Shown here: piece after piece, positions 7,801 to 18,700 of the stretch
Layout of the letters: every line of letters starts with the position of its first letter
Position numbering within the stretch: position 1 is the stretch's first letter
Assembly: GCA_008690995.1 (NCBI GenBank)
Contig: VRMN01000002.1
Coordinates: 2,170,001 to 2,234,000, forward strand
Source of the DNA: Porphyridium purpureum
Taxonomy: Eukaryota
DNA: 64,000 nucleotides
Direction of reading: 5' to 3'
The notes under the pieces: model-generated
The model's database searches: none
Told to the model about the DNA's origin: nothing
The model's input: the letters and a program-made list of their open reading frames with translations, nothing else
Position numbers and translations under genes: made by a program

Positions 7801-9910
7801 GTCCGCGCTGCAGCTCCGTCAACCCGCGAATGCACTCAGCGGCGGACTTGTCCGCCAGCCCAATTGCTGAGAACCACCCAGTGGCTTCGTCGAGGTGAGT
7901 GAGCAGCCACCTGCTGCCATCCACGGCTGCCAGTCCGGGATCCACAATGTCAATCGACACCACGTCGTTGAACTCGCGCGCTCGTCCGCGCTCTTTGCCA
8001 ACCGAGTCGTCTCGCCTCACAGCACGCGCGCGCCGCAGCTTTGCCGCGCTGCATATTCCGCACGTGTCGCGCGACGGCATGTGCAGAACGCAATGGTCCT
8101 GCTCTACATGCTCAGCCTCGGCTGTGCCAAGACTGTGACCGCCGATGATCATTTCGAAGCGGTTGGTTCGAAGCCAATCGAGACCGATCACGAGGTCATT
8201 GTGGCCATTGTACACAATCACGTCCTGCTGCTTCTCTGCTGAATCCAGCACCGCCAGATTCACTGTCGCGCGCCCGCGAGACATGCACTGCGTGCCGTCT
8301 GCCAATCGAATGGTCAAGGCATTCGCGGTGCTATTTGTGCGCACTCGCACCATCGCGCATGCGCTCTCGCTCAGAAAGGTGTGCGTTGCGCCGGTATCGA
8401 TGACTGCTTTCATCGCCCGGCCGTTCACCCAAGCATTCACCTTGAGCAACCCTTTGCCCGCACTGGCGGTCATCAACTCGGCTCCGCCGAGATTGGCATC
8501 GCGATCATCGCGCCTGTCTGCACAGTTGTGCGTCGCTGGCCCCCACACGGAGCACCGATGGCAGTAATAGCGCCCACGCTGATTACTCTTCTTGCCATCT
8601 TGTTGCGACTTCGGCGTCTGTCGCGGTCGTGGTCTACTGGCACCGCCTCGTTGCGGTGCGCCACGCTTCTGTCCGCGCCCACGCGCGTCGTTCTGGCCGC
8701 CACCACGGTTCCAACCATGCGTGCTCGGCTCTCGCCAGCCGCCGTCTCGTCCGTCCGCGCGGCTCTGCGCGTACCGCTCTGCATGATTCGCACGCAGGTT
8801 CCGCTGCGGTCCAGCTGGTGACCATTGGTCATGCTGTTGCTGTTGATACTCGTTCGAGCGATCCCGCTGGAAGTCGTTGTATCCTCGTCCGTGCACCCGT
8901 GCGCTGCTGCCGCTGGCGGTACCCAAGTCCATTGGCACCGGACCATGCTGGTTATAGTTCATCTGGGGGTGGTATGCAGGCTGCATGGCTGACGGGTACG
9001 TTCGTGCTGTGATGGGCTGCTGGTCTCGACCACGCTTAAATATGACTTTGTCGGCAACTAAAGCCAAACGCAAAGCGTCGTCATAGGTGGGAGGGAAGTG
9101 AAGCGCTACGTGAGTGGCAATAGAAGTGTCAAGAGATTCTGTAAAATAGTGAAGTTTATCTTTGTCTACCAAATTTGGTATACGCAGACAAACTTCACTA
9201 AATGCAGCTTCAAAATCTTGGACACTCATTGCACCCTGCTTCATCTTTTGCAGTTCATCCCGCACGTCATTTTCTGTTTCTTTTGGCTCGAAGCGCCGCT
9301 GAAGCGCGAGCAGAAACTCTTCTACCGAGGTGGGTCTCTGATCAGGTTGTAATGCCTGGTACCAGAGTTGCGCCAATCCGAAGAGGTGAGTCGAAAGCGT
9401 CGACACTGCTTCCTCTTCCTCGGTTTCCGTCCAAAGACGGCCCTGCGACCGCCAATCCGAGCGCGCCGGGTTGTACACCCGCGAACGCGCTGCTGCCGTC
9501 CAGGTCATAATGGCCGCAGTGGATCGCTCGCCGCCATAGTACAGCATGGCCGCAGGGCGCATGCAGCTCGGCAAAGCGCCACTTCCACCGGATCCATCGC
9601 GAAGCGCCCTCAGACGAACGTTCTCGCTCCGCAGCTCGGCGAGCTCACTCTGAACAATCGCCGTCCGGGTATTCAGTTCGGTCGCCATCTTGGCGCCGAA
9701 TTCCTCCGAGAGTTGGCGATGCATTTGGGCGTATGCCGCATTCAGCATCGCCGCCATCTCTCGTTTCGTTTCCTCGCGCGCGGACTCGCGCCGCGCACTT
9801 GCTGCCGCGCCAAGGCGGGTTGCCGAGGCGTTTGCACCACCGCGTGCCGGCGACGGTGTTGCTGGGGTACTAGCACCCGCAGCCCTATCCATGTCATATT
9901 CCATGACCAA
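4856..9910 (-). CDS. Element A unit 2 intact single-ORF polyprotein, 1684 aa: Gag - aspartic protease - integrase - Cys-rich module - Myb/SANT-like domain - Copia-type RT - RNase H
   Basis: Gag with GPVPMDLG. PR VIDTGAT...DLVIGLDWL. INT HCVLH..CGIC, SIDIVD, RCDEGREF, HERK, KFEPKG..IVVGF. RT KCRIVAQG, FDVTCAY, QALYGMKRSG, MYVDD. RNase H WADADF, STTEAE, CDN, NIADGLTK. Confidence 0.95.
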   Translation of the reverse strand: MVMEYDMDRAAGASTPATPSPARGGANASATRLGAAASARRESAREETKREMAAMLNAAYAQMHRQLSEEFGAKMATELNTRTAIVQSELAELRSENVRLRALRDGSGGSGALPSCMRPAAMLYYGGERSTAAIMTWTAAARSRVYNPARSDWRSQGRLWTETEEEEAVSTLSTHLFGLAQLWYQALQPDQRPTSVEEFLLALQRRFEPKETENDVRDELQKMKQGAMSVQDFEAAFSEVCLRIPNLVDKDKLHYFTESLDTSIATHVALHFPPTYDDALRLALVADKVIFKRGRDQQPITARTYPSAMQPAYHPQMNYNQHGPVPMDLGTASGSSARVHGRGYNDFQRDRSNEYQQQQHDQWSPAGPQRNLRANHAERYAQSRADGRDGGWREPSTHGWNRGGGQNDARGRGQKRGAPQRGGASRPRPRQTPKSQQDGKKSNQRGRYYCHRCSVWGPATHNCADRRDDRDANLGGAELMTASAGKGLLKVNAWVNGRAMKAVIDTGATHTFLSESACAMVRVRTNSTANALTIRLADGTQCMSRGRATVNLAVLDSAEKQQDVIVYNGHNDLVIGLDWLRTNRFEMIIGGHSLGTAEAEHVEQDHCVLHMPSRDTCGICSAAKLRRARAVRRDDSVGKERGRAREFNDVVSIDIVDPGLAAVDGSRWLLTHLDEATGWFSAIGLADKSAAECIRGLTELQRGRGDWPRVLRCDEGREFMGEFDGFIAEKGVKKVTGVPYRANTHATHERKHADLNGAVRALLMQSGLPTAWYPFAAAYFCLARNLAWRGAKQEQTSFEQRLGLTWHKPIPAFGSGILIYDESRGKFEPKGVPAIVVGFTAPRPNDPRQPINLLALPIADLRPSAIRKVGEWKPLPDKWPLRRLALRPPDEAIATGDQWSRARDNAPDRAFCTQCKKIVGGSTECEKCILGPAPSRRHTGDGACRQMHCQCYRDEHGKLASRAQYRRIELPWSPAEDIAISEGIARFGEDWLAIAGRPAFFMRGRKPAGLRARAAELGVLPVHAAAASDATRNDATRAESSSDAMYTSAATGGPEDEAAGLGVAEVVATAVAMATPAGRHALASELRALTSTGALPFRRTMDKAVAARVPNAQFVKLKLLFNKKNSEMPSSFHKTKCRIVAQGCVVLDADGRRAREEPYPFDRPPGLLAIRASMSMALMLHGPSADGAFFDVTCAYPSAPLGGRPTFGYLRDLVPVVKGLVSEADYRKMAACSEPVVELPQALYGMKRSGSDFSHDARERVRRLGWQESNADKNQYWRRDANGSMLTLSMYVDDGALFGNADAVRVAVKQLKTVFRIDQKVEYIADSARTRPIKYLGMHIYRDGGRWILDSGVYATHVANGHTADNLRVRSTPLSERVDDNGPGGRACPTNKRTVIGQLLWLSRTTRADIAYATAHVARYVDRWGPSADRALDEIVGYLKKHADVCLQYDIPATGSRDVRLHAWADADFSAPSSTSGAVLFISNGRCRHLVDWTSRRQRRVSTSTTEAELVALHDAAQGSVFPVATLAEELLRRWPPTVVRCDNESTLRAVERGHSDRLLHAPKMQRISLRWLHEIAADGLVRFVYVATRDNIADGLTKPIATDVFRGHAAAWGLYGASLSLGIAQRMTHARSAANRGNAFAMLMQPDDCDDDAGMRGYAYSHDDEKMSCDSDPYTRWHLVERV

Positions 9911-10156
9911 ACACTGGGCGCGTCGCGCTCACCAGTTGCGCTTCGAGCGCCTCTTTTTTCCTTCTCGATGTTCGCGGCGCCGATCAGCGTCTTGGCTGTC
10001 GCGCTGCCACAGTCGCTTTTCCAAAGCGTGATCGAGGGTAGAGTTGGGGAATGACCGAATGATAGAAACACTACCACAATAGGTGGTTAGTCAAGCAAGC
10101 AAGAAGAAGAAAGATGAGGGAAACACCGCAGCGCAAAGGCTGGGCTCATAACCCTT

Positions 10157-10453
10157 TGATGATAGCGTCTTCGTGAAGCACGCGTATACCAAACGTGTAC
10201 CAATAGTAAACTACTGGTGGCTAGCTGAAGCAAGAGGTCCACAACAAGACGACTTTACTCCTTAACACAACCTAGCTCTTGCCTCAAAAGGAGACAGAGC
10301 GCCGACTCGTCGGCCGTCTCTCACACTCTAATGATATACTACTGTGGTTAACCATTACGGTCACCAACCAACGGAGAGTTGTCATCATTAAGTATTTGAT
10401 GACTCCTCATCACGTCATCAGGCAGGCAGAGAGGGATGACTATATTCCACGCA
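10157..10453 (-). repeat. LTR of element A shared by units 2 and 3
   Basis: Identical by eye to 4521-4817. Confidence 0.9.
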
Positions 10454-10491
10454 CCCCCTCATCACTTCTGCGCTGGCTGCAAAGGAACGAA

Positions 10492-13400
10492 TCACACTCG
10501 CTCGACAAGGTGCCAGCGGGTGTACGGATCACTGTCACACGACATCTTCTCATCATCATGGCTGTACGCATAGCCGCGCATGCCAGCGTCATCGTCGCAG
10601 TCGTCGGGCTGCATGAGCATCGCGAAGGCGTTGCCACGGTTTGCGGCGGAGCGAGCATGCGTCATACGCTGGGCGATGCCAAGGGATAAGCTTGCACCGT
10701 ACAGGCCCCACGCGGCTGCATGGCCGCGAAACACGTCGGTGGCAATCGGCTTCGTCAAGCCGTCAGCGATGTTGTCGCGCGTAGCGACATAGACGAACCT
10801 GACGAGTCCGTCCGCTGCTATCTCGTGCAACCATCTCAGAGAGATGCGCTGCATCTTTGGCGCATGCAGTAGCCGGTCACTGTGGCCGCGCTCCACCGCG
10901 CGCAAAGTCGACTCGTTGTCGCACCGCACAACGGTCGGAGGCCAGCGCCTCAAAAGTTCTTCCGCCAGTGTCGCCACTGGGAACACGCTGCCTTGCGCTG
11001 CGTCGTGCAGCGCTACCAACTCAGCCTCGGTCGTCGAGGTGCTGACGCGCCGCTGGCGCCGACTGGTCCAGTCTACAAGGTGTCGGCATCTGCCATTCGA
11101 TATGAAGAGCACGGCGCCGCTCGTGGATGACGGTGCCGAGAAGTCGGCATCAGCCCACGCGTGCAACCGAACGTCGCGACTGCCTGTCGCGGGTATGTCG
11201 TATTGCAGACAGACGTCCGCATGCTTCTTCAGATACCCGACGATCTCGTCGAGCGCGCGATCCGCGCTTGGCCCCCACCGGTCGACATAACGCGCCACAT
11301 GCGCCGTGGCATAAGCGATGTCTGCTCGCGTGGTTCGGCTGAGCCACAGCAGTTGGCCAATCACTGTTCGCTTGTTTGTCGGGCACGCGCGCCCGCCGGG
11401 TCCATTGTCGTCGACCCGCTCGCTGAGTGGCGTGCTGCGCACGCGCAAGTTGTCCGCGGTGTGGCCGTTCGCCACATGGGTGGCGTACACCCCCGAATCC
11501 AGTATCCATCGGCCGCCGTCGCGATAGATGTGCATGCCGAGATACTTGATAGGGCGCGTACGCGCCGAGTCTGCAATGTATTCGACCTTCTGGTCGATTC
11601 TGAAGACGGTCTTCAGTTGTTTGACCGCCACTCGTACCGCATCCGCATTGCCGAAGAGTGCGCCATCGTCGACGTACATGCTCAGCGTGAGCATGCTGCC
11701 GTTCGCGTCGCGGCGCCAGTACTGGTTCTTGTCCGCGTTGGATTCTTGCCATCCAAGCCGCCGGACACGCTCGCGAGCGTCGTGGCTGAAGTCGCTGCCG
11801 CTCCTTTTCATTCCGTACAGAGCCTGCGGTAGCTCCACGACAGGCTCGCTGCATGCGGCCATCTTTCTGTAGTCGGCTTCGCTGACTAGACCCTTCACGA
11901 CCGGGACCAGGTCGCGCAGATATCCGAATGTCGGACGGCCGCCCAATGGTGCACTGGGGTAGGCACACGTTACGTCGAAGAAGGCGCCGTCGGCGGATGG
12001 TCCATGGAGCATGAGCGCCATGCTCATCGAGGCGCGGATCGCCAGCAAACCTGGTGGGCGATCAAAAGGGTACGGTTCTTCGCGCGCGCGACGCCCATCG
12101 GCGTCCAGCACGACGCATCCTTGCGCGACGATGCGGCACTTCGTCTTGTGGAACGACGAAGGCATTTCTGAATTCTTCTTGTTGAAGAGGAGCTTCAACT
12201 TAACGAATTGCGCGTTCGGAACGCGCGCCGCCACTGCCTTGTCCATCGTGCGGCGGAAAGGCAGAGCGCCGGTGCTGGTGAGCGCACGAAGCTCGGATGC
12301 TAATGCATGGCGGCCGGCGGGCGTGGCCATCGCCACCGCTGTGGCCACAACTTCTGCCACCCCCAGACCTGCCGCTTCGTCCTCTGGTCCCCCTGTCGCC
12401 GCGCTTGTATACATTGCGTCGCTGCTACTCTCTGCTCGCGTCGCGTCGTTCCGCGTCGCGTCGCTCGCTGCTGCTGCGTGCACTGGAAGCACACCCAGTT
12501 CCGCTGCGCGCGCGCGTAAGCCGGCTGGTTTGCGGCCGCGCATGAAGAATGCTGGCCTACCCGCGATGGCAAGCCAGTCCTCACCAAAACGGGCAATGCC
12601 TTCGGATATGGCAATGTCCTCGGCCGGACTCCACGGCAGCTCAATGCGCCGATACTGTGCTCGTGACGCGAGCTTTCCGTGCTCGTCTCGGTAGCACTGG
12701 CAGTGCATTTGCCTGCATGCGCCGTCACCAGTGTGACGTCGGCTGGGCGCCGGACCCAAAATGCATTTCTCGCATTCGGTGCTCCCACCGACTATTTTCT
12801 TGCACTGTGTGCAGAATGCACGGTCCGGTGCATTGTCGCGTGCTCGCGACCATTGATCACCCGTCGCAATGGCCTCATCCGGAGGCCGCAGTGCCAAACG
12901 TCGCAATGGCCACTTGTCGGGAAGTGGCTTCCATTCGCCGACCTTCCTGATCGCAGATGGCCGCAAGTCGGCAATGGGCAGGGCGAGCAGGTTTATGGGC
13001 TGCCGCGGGTCATTCGGCCTCGGTGCCGTGAACCCAACGACGATTGCAGGCACGCCTTTCGGCTCAAATTTGCCGCGGCTCTCATCGTATATGAGAATGC
13101 CGCTCCCGAATGCAGGGATGGGCTTGTGCCATGTCAGACCGAGCCGTTGCTCGAAGCTGGTCTGCTCCTGCTTTGCGCCGCGCCAGGCGAGGTTTCTGGC
13201 CAGGCAAAAGTAGGCGGCGGCGAACGGATACCACGCGGTCGGCAAGCCAGACTGCATCAGCAGTGCTCGCACTGCTCCGTTCAAGTCTGCATGCTTGCGT
13301 TCATGCGTCGCGTGCGTGTTCGCCCGGTAAGGTACACCAGTGACTTTCTTCACGCCCTTTTCCGCGATGAATCCGTCGAATTCGCCCATGAACTCGCGGC

Positions 13401-14527
13401 CCTCGTCACACCGCAACACTCGTGGCCAATCACCACGTCCGCGCTGCAGCTCCGTCAACCCGCGAATGCACTCAGCGGCGGACTTGTCCGCCAGCCCAAT
13501 TGCTGAGAACCACCCAGTGGCTTCGTCGAGGTGAGTGAGCAGCCACCTGCTGCCATCCACGGCTGCCAGTCCGGGATCCACAATGTCAATCGACACCACG
13601 TCGTTGAACTCGCGCGCTCGTCCGCGCTCTTTGCCAACCGAGTCGTCTCGCCTCACAGCACGCGCGCGCCGCAGCTTTGCCGCGCTGCATATTCCGCACG
13701 TGTCGCGCGACGGCATGTGCAGAACGCAATGGTCCTGCTCTACATGCTCAGCCTCGGCTGTGCCAAGACTGTGACCGCCGATGATCATTTCGAAGCGGTT
13801 GGTTCGAAGCCAATCGAGACCGATCACGAGGTCATTGTGGCCATTGTACACAATCACGTCCTGCTGCTTCTCTGCTGAATCCAGCACCGCCAGATTCACT
13901 GTCGCGCGCCCGCGAGACATGCACTGCGTGCCGTCTGCCAATCGAATGGTCAAGGCATTCGCGGTGCTATTTGTGCGCACTCGCACCATCGCGCATGCGC
14001 TCTCGCTCAGAAAGGTGTGCGTTGCGCCGGTATCGATGACTGCTTTCATCGCCCGGCCGTTCACCCAAGCATTCACCTTGAGCAACCCTTTGCCCGCACT
14101 GGCGGTCATCAACTCGGCTCCGCCGAGATTGGCATCGCGATCATCGCGCCTGTCTGCACAGTTGTGCGTCGCTGGCCCCCACACGGAGCACCGATGGCAG
14201 TAATAGCGCCCACGCTGATTACTCTTCTTGCCATCTTGTTGCGACTTCGGCGTCTGTCGCGGTCGTGGTCTACTGGCACCGCCTCGTTGCGGTGCGCCAC
14301 GCTTCTGTCCGCGCCCACGCGCGTCGTTCTGGCCGCCACCACGGTTCCAACCATGCGTGCTCGGCTCTCGCCAGCCGCCGTCTCGTCCGTCCGCGCGGCT
14401 CTGCGCGTACCGCTCTGCATGATTCGCACGCAGGTTCCGCTGCGGTCCAGCTGGTGACCATTGGTCATGCTGTTGCTGTTGATACTCGTTCGAGCGATCC
14501 CGCTGGAAGTCGTTGTATCCTCGTCCG
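10492..14527 (-). pseudogene. Element A unit 3, 3' half (NC-PR-INT-Myb-RT-RH, frame open), separated from gag by insertion of B
   Basis: Matches unit 2 up to the TCCG target duplication at 14524-14527. Confidence 0.9.
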
Positions 14528-14815
14528 TGCCGTGATATGGTCCTGAATGGCCCACTCACTCCCCTCCTCCGCTAGCCCGGCCGCACGGAGAACCTATACC
14601 CCAATCCTGCTGGCCCCATCGGCCCTCTCTTTTACTCTTGCTAGATCGCCGCGACGGCGGTCTTAAATACCCTTCTCTACCCTACGCTAACCGTTAGACT
14701 GTTTAAGAACCTAAGAATAACCGCTGCCCGGTACGGACAAGGATTGTTATGGTACAGTGCGGGGCAGTGCTGTACAGTGCGTGGAGGGGTACGGCGGAGA
14801 GAGCGAGTCATGACA
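14528..14815 (-). repeat. 3' LTR of element B
   Basis: Identical by eye to 27026-27313; preceded on the minus strand by the G-rich tract TTAGGGGTTAGTGGGGATG (about 14816-14834). Confidence 0.93.
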
Positions 14816-15730
14816 CATCCCCACTAACCCCTAAGCCGCTTGCGCTAGTGCGCGGCAGAGGAACTTGGACAGTCTGTCGGAGAAAACCGTAAAACCGGAA
14901 CCGTGCAAAGTTACACGCGAAAATGTGCAACGACTGTCTGAAAAAACGAGATCGAAAGACGAGGAAAAGGACGAGTAATGCTTCGGATCGAGCGCGAAAC
15001 GGACGCAGTAGGTACAATACTGTACCTCAAGTACTGAACACCAGGTGAACACCCGAGCCAGAGCATCACGAAGATGTCGAAGGCCTCGAACACTGCGAAC
15101 ACTTATTGCGCGGGCGAACAAACGCCAGACGACTCGTGAAGCTCTCCGGGACATCATCCAAGGAAATGACAAACACTGGCCCTAGGAACTCGAAGAGCGG
15201 TTCGCGCATTCGCTCGCGCGCGGAGTGCGACTTTTGCGGATTTCCCGGCCGGAAATTGTGAATGCGATTACCTTCGCAAAGATGAAAGCAACGAGAAAAC
15301 GCTTTCACATCGTTCACTTTCTAGGCTGACACAACGCACATGCCAATGTTTAGCCGGGTCTGCCGGTGAACTCAAGGAGAACTCGAAATGCACCTTCTTT
15401 TGTAGTCGAAAGTTTCATCGTCGAGGCAAACTCGATGCGCGCACTCTTTCTCTGCGTTTGAGTTGACGTAGGTGACACAAATCGGTGCAGCCTCCATCTC
15501 GACATCGAGGGCAATGCGCGAACGCTCGTTTCGGCTCCACGACGCCTCCCTGCGCGATGCGAGAACTGTCGTTCTCTGCTGTTCGACTTGTTTTCGACTG
15601 CGCATCGGCGCTTCGACGAAATGAATGTGGGATTCGCTGTCGCACACTGTGTACATTCAAGGCGCAACCGCGCTGGATTTGAGAGACTCGAAGTCCGCGT
15701 TCAAACTCACGAGGAAAGACTCGCGTGCGC

Positions 15731-18700
15731 TTATTGGAACCGACGACCAGACCGTGATCGAAGGACATCAGCGGGATTTTGCGCAGACTCGAGAAACTCG
15801 GCAACCAATGTTTCCGGCAAGTCCTCGGACTTCTCCCAAGTCCATTCAGAGCGCTTGGCCCCGTACCACGCGACGAGAAACTCGGTGGAGCCATCGATGA
15901 GGCGCTGTTTCTGCAAACTTGCTATCTCAGAGAGGACACTGTCGCGACGCTCTCCATCCGCGTTGAAGTCATCCCTGAGTTCTACAGATTGATCAACACG
16001 CTTCAGCCTGTCAAGATGCACGAAGAATGTCTCGAAGGCATTGCGGATCGTAGCGCGGGCGCCATCGATGACTTCGAGTATATACGGACCGACCCACGGG
16101 CTCTCGAGTTTACGACCTTGAAGTGTACTCACCCCACGCCAGAGCATTACCGCGTCGCCCTCCGAGAGGCGCTGGCCTTGCTTTGTGACCTTTTCGGCAC
16201 TGCGCCTCGCATCCTTGTCGTGGCTTTTATCCGATGCGCGCAACGCTACTTGATGCATCATCCGAATCCTACCGCGTAGCTGATAGCCAAATTCCTCGAG
16301 GCTGTCCGTTTCCAGCTCGGCGTCGATCGCTGGCTGAGAATAGTCATTCGCAGTACGTCCAAACATAGCTTCGTATGGACTCACGCCAGTCGATGAATGT
16401 CGCGACGAATTATAAGCGTGCACGGATAACGGAAGCCACAGATCCCACCCGATAGACGCGTCGTGATCTGCCATCATGCCGGATAACAAGCCGCACAGCG
16501 TTCGGTTATAGCGTTCCACGACTCCGTTTGCTTTTGGATTATGTGCCATAGTAAAGACCTTCTTGATGCCGAGAAGCTGGCTGACTCGTGACAAAAACTC
16601 GGATCGAAATGCAGGTCCGTTGTCACTAAGAAGGTTCTCGGGGGGCCCAAACGGTGCGACCCATACGTGCAGAAAAGCTTCCACCGCAGATCGAGCTGAC
16701 TCGTCGACCACCGGTGCTGCGACGGTAAAACGAGTGAACAGATCAGCGACCACCAAGACCTTGGTATATCCGCGAGGTGTCTTCGGGGAAATCGTGAGGA
16801 GATCGACTGCAACAAGCTCGAAGCGTCGCGTTGGCCGACGTCTGCCGATGACTACCTGCTGCCTTCGCAGACCCTTTCGCCTTGAGCAAAACCGACATGA
16901 TTGGATGAATTCGCTGACATCCGAGGTCCAACCCGGCCAGTACCATGACGCATCCGCGATCCTTGAGATCGTCTTAGCCGCGCCCATATGCCCGCCTGCA
17001 CCCGTTGAATGATAGTATCCCAGAACACGACTCACGAACGCATCCGGAACCACACGCCGAGGCTTTTTTGTTGCCGCCATCAGAATGCCCGCCTCGTTCC
17101 AGAAGTATTCCGGGTCGCTGTACTGTGGTGTGCTTCGAGCGAGGTTCTCCATTTCTTTGGCGATGAGCTCATCTCTCGGGTACGCTGCCTTCAGCTCTTC
17201 GTCAGTTGGTAGTTCGTGTGCCGTGTTGCTGTCTTCACTCACAGCTGTGACGAGGTACGCCACGCGGTCGCCACGAGAACTCCTGCTTTCTTGTTCGTCG
17301 AGATTCATACGCGAGAGTGCGTCAGGTACCTTATTCGACGCACCCTTCACGTACTCAATAACGAACGAATAATCTGCCAAAGCCAATGCCCACCTTGCTA
17401 GACGGCCCCTCGGCTCCCGCAGATTCAACAACCATCGGAGCGGCTCGTGATCAGAGCGGACTATAATCGACTCACCGTATAGATAATGCCGACACTTACG
17501 TACCGCCCACACAACCGCAAGGCACTCTAGTTCTGTCACGGCGTAGTTCTTCTCCGCGGCAGTCAATGACCGCGATAGAAAGCACACCGGTCGATACTCG
17601 CTCGAAACGCGCTGATACAGCGCTGCTCCGAGTCCCGTCAACGAGGCATCTGTATCAAGGACCCACTCTGCTCCCGCAGATGGCTGATACAAAACCACCG
17701 TTGGGTCCGTCAGCGCCGACTTAAGGGCCTCGAATGCTAGCTTCTGCCCAGCGCCAAACCGATTGGCCCAATCGCTGCATTCAACGACCTGCTTCTTCGA
17801 ATGTTTTTTTGCGGACATGGCGAGACCTTCGAGAGACGCACGCAACGGAGCTGCGACGCGCTCGAAGTTCGGAACGAAGTCACGAAACCAGCCCACAACG
17901 CCTAGAAACCGCTGAACTTCTGTCGGATTTCTCGGTTCGGTCCATTGTCGGATGACCTCGATGTTTCGCTCTTTCGGGCGAATCTTACCATTTTGCACTT
18001 GGTGACCAAGAAATTCGATTTTGGTGCACATGAAGGAGCACTTCTTCAAAGAAAATGTGAGACCTTCTTTTTCGAAGCGTTCCAGAATTTGATCCAGTAT
18101 TTGAATGTGATCCTCTCCAGACGATGAACCTACGATGAGGTCATCGATGTAAATGAGTGCGTGTTTCCAGCGCAGGTCACCGAGGACCGTGTTCATCAAT
18201 CGTTGGAATGTTGCTGGGCTATTCGACATGCCTTGACCAATGACGCAGTATCGGAAAAGCCCCAGTGGGGTAATCATCGCGGTCAAGTCTCGGGAATCAG
18301 CGTGCAGCGGGATCTGAAAGAACCCGTCAGTCAAATCGAGAGTACTGAACAACGAATATCGACCAGCCCAATCGAGGCATTCATGCACGAGTGGGATCGG
18401 GTACTTGTCCTTCACCGTAATGGCGTTCAGGTTCCTGAAATCCGTAGTTAATCGCCACGCACCCGTCGGTTTCCGGATCAAGACGTTTGCCGAGGCAAAC
18501 GGGCCATTGCACGGTTCCAAGACATGATGATCAAGGAGCTTGCGTACCATTGTTTCTTCGGCTTCGCGCTCTGCCTCCGACCGTCGTCGCAATTTCGCCG
18601 CGGGAAAGGTCGCGCCCGGCTCCACCCGGATAACGTGCTCGACAGAGCGGGCCCTTCCGGCTTCTGCTCGGAACACTCGCCACCGCTTTTTGAGAACCCC

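Noticed and set aside
27..14546. Many plus-strand and alternative-frame ORFs over the A array
   Set aside because: They are shadows of the GC-rich minus-strand polyprotein and recur only because the DNA is repeated.
14816..14836. Telomere-like TTAGGGGTTAGTGGGG
   Set aside because: Only two degenerate units, located exactly where the B polypurine tract is expected.
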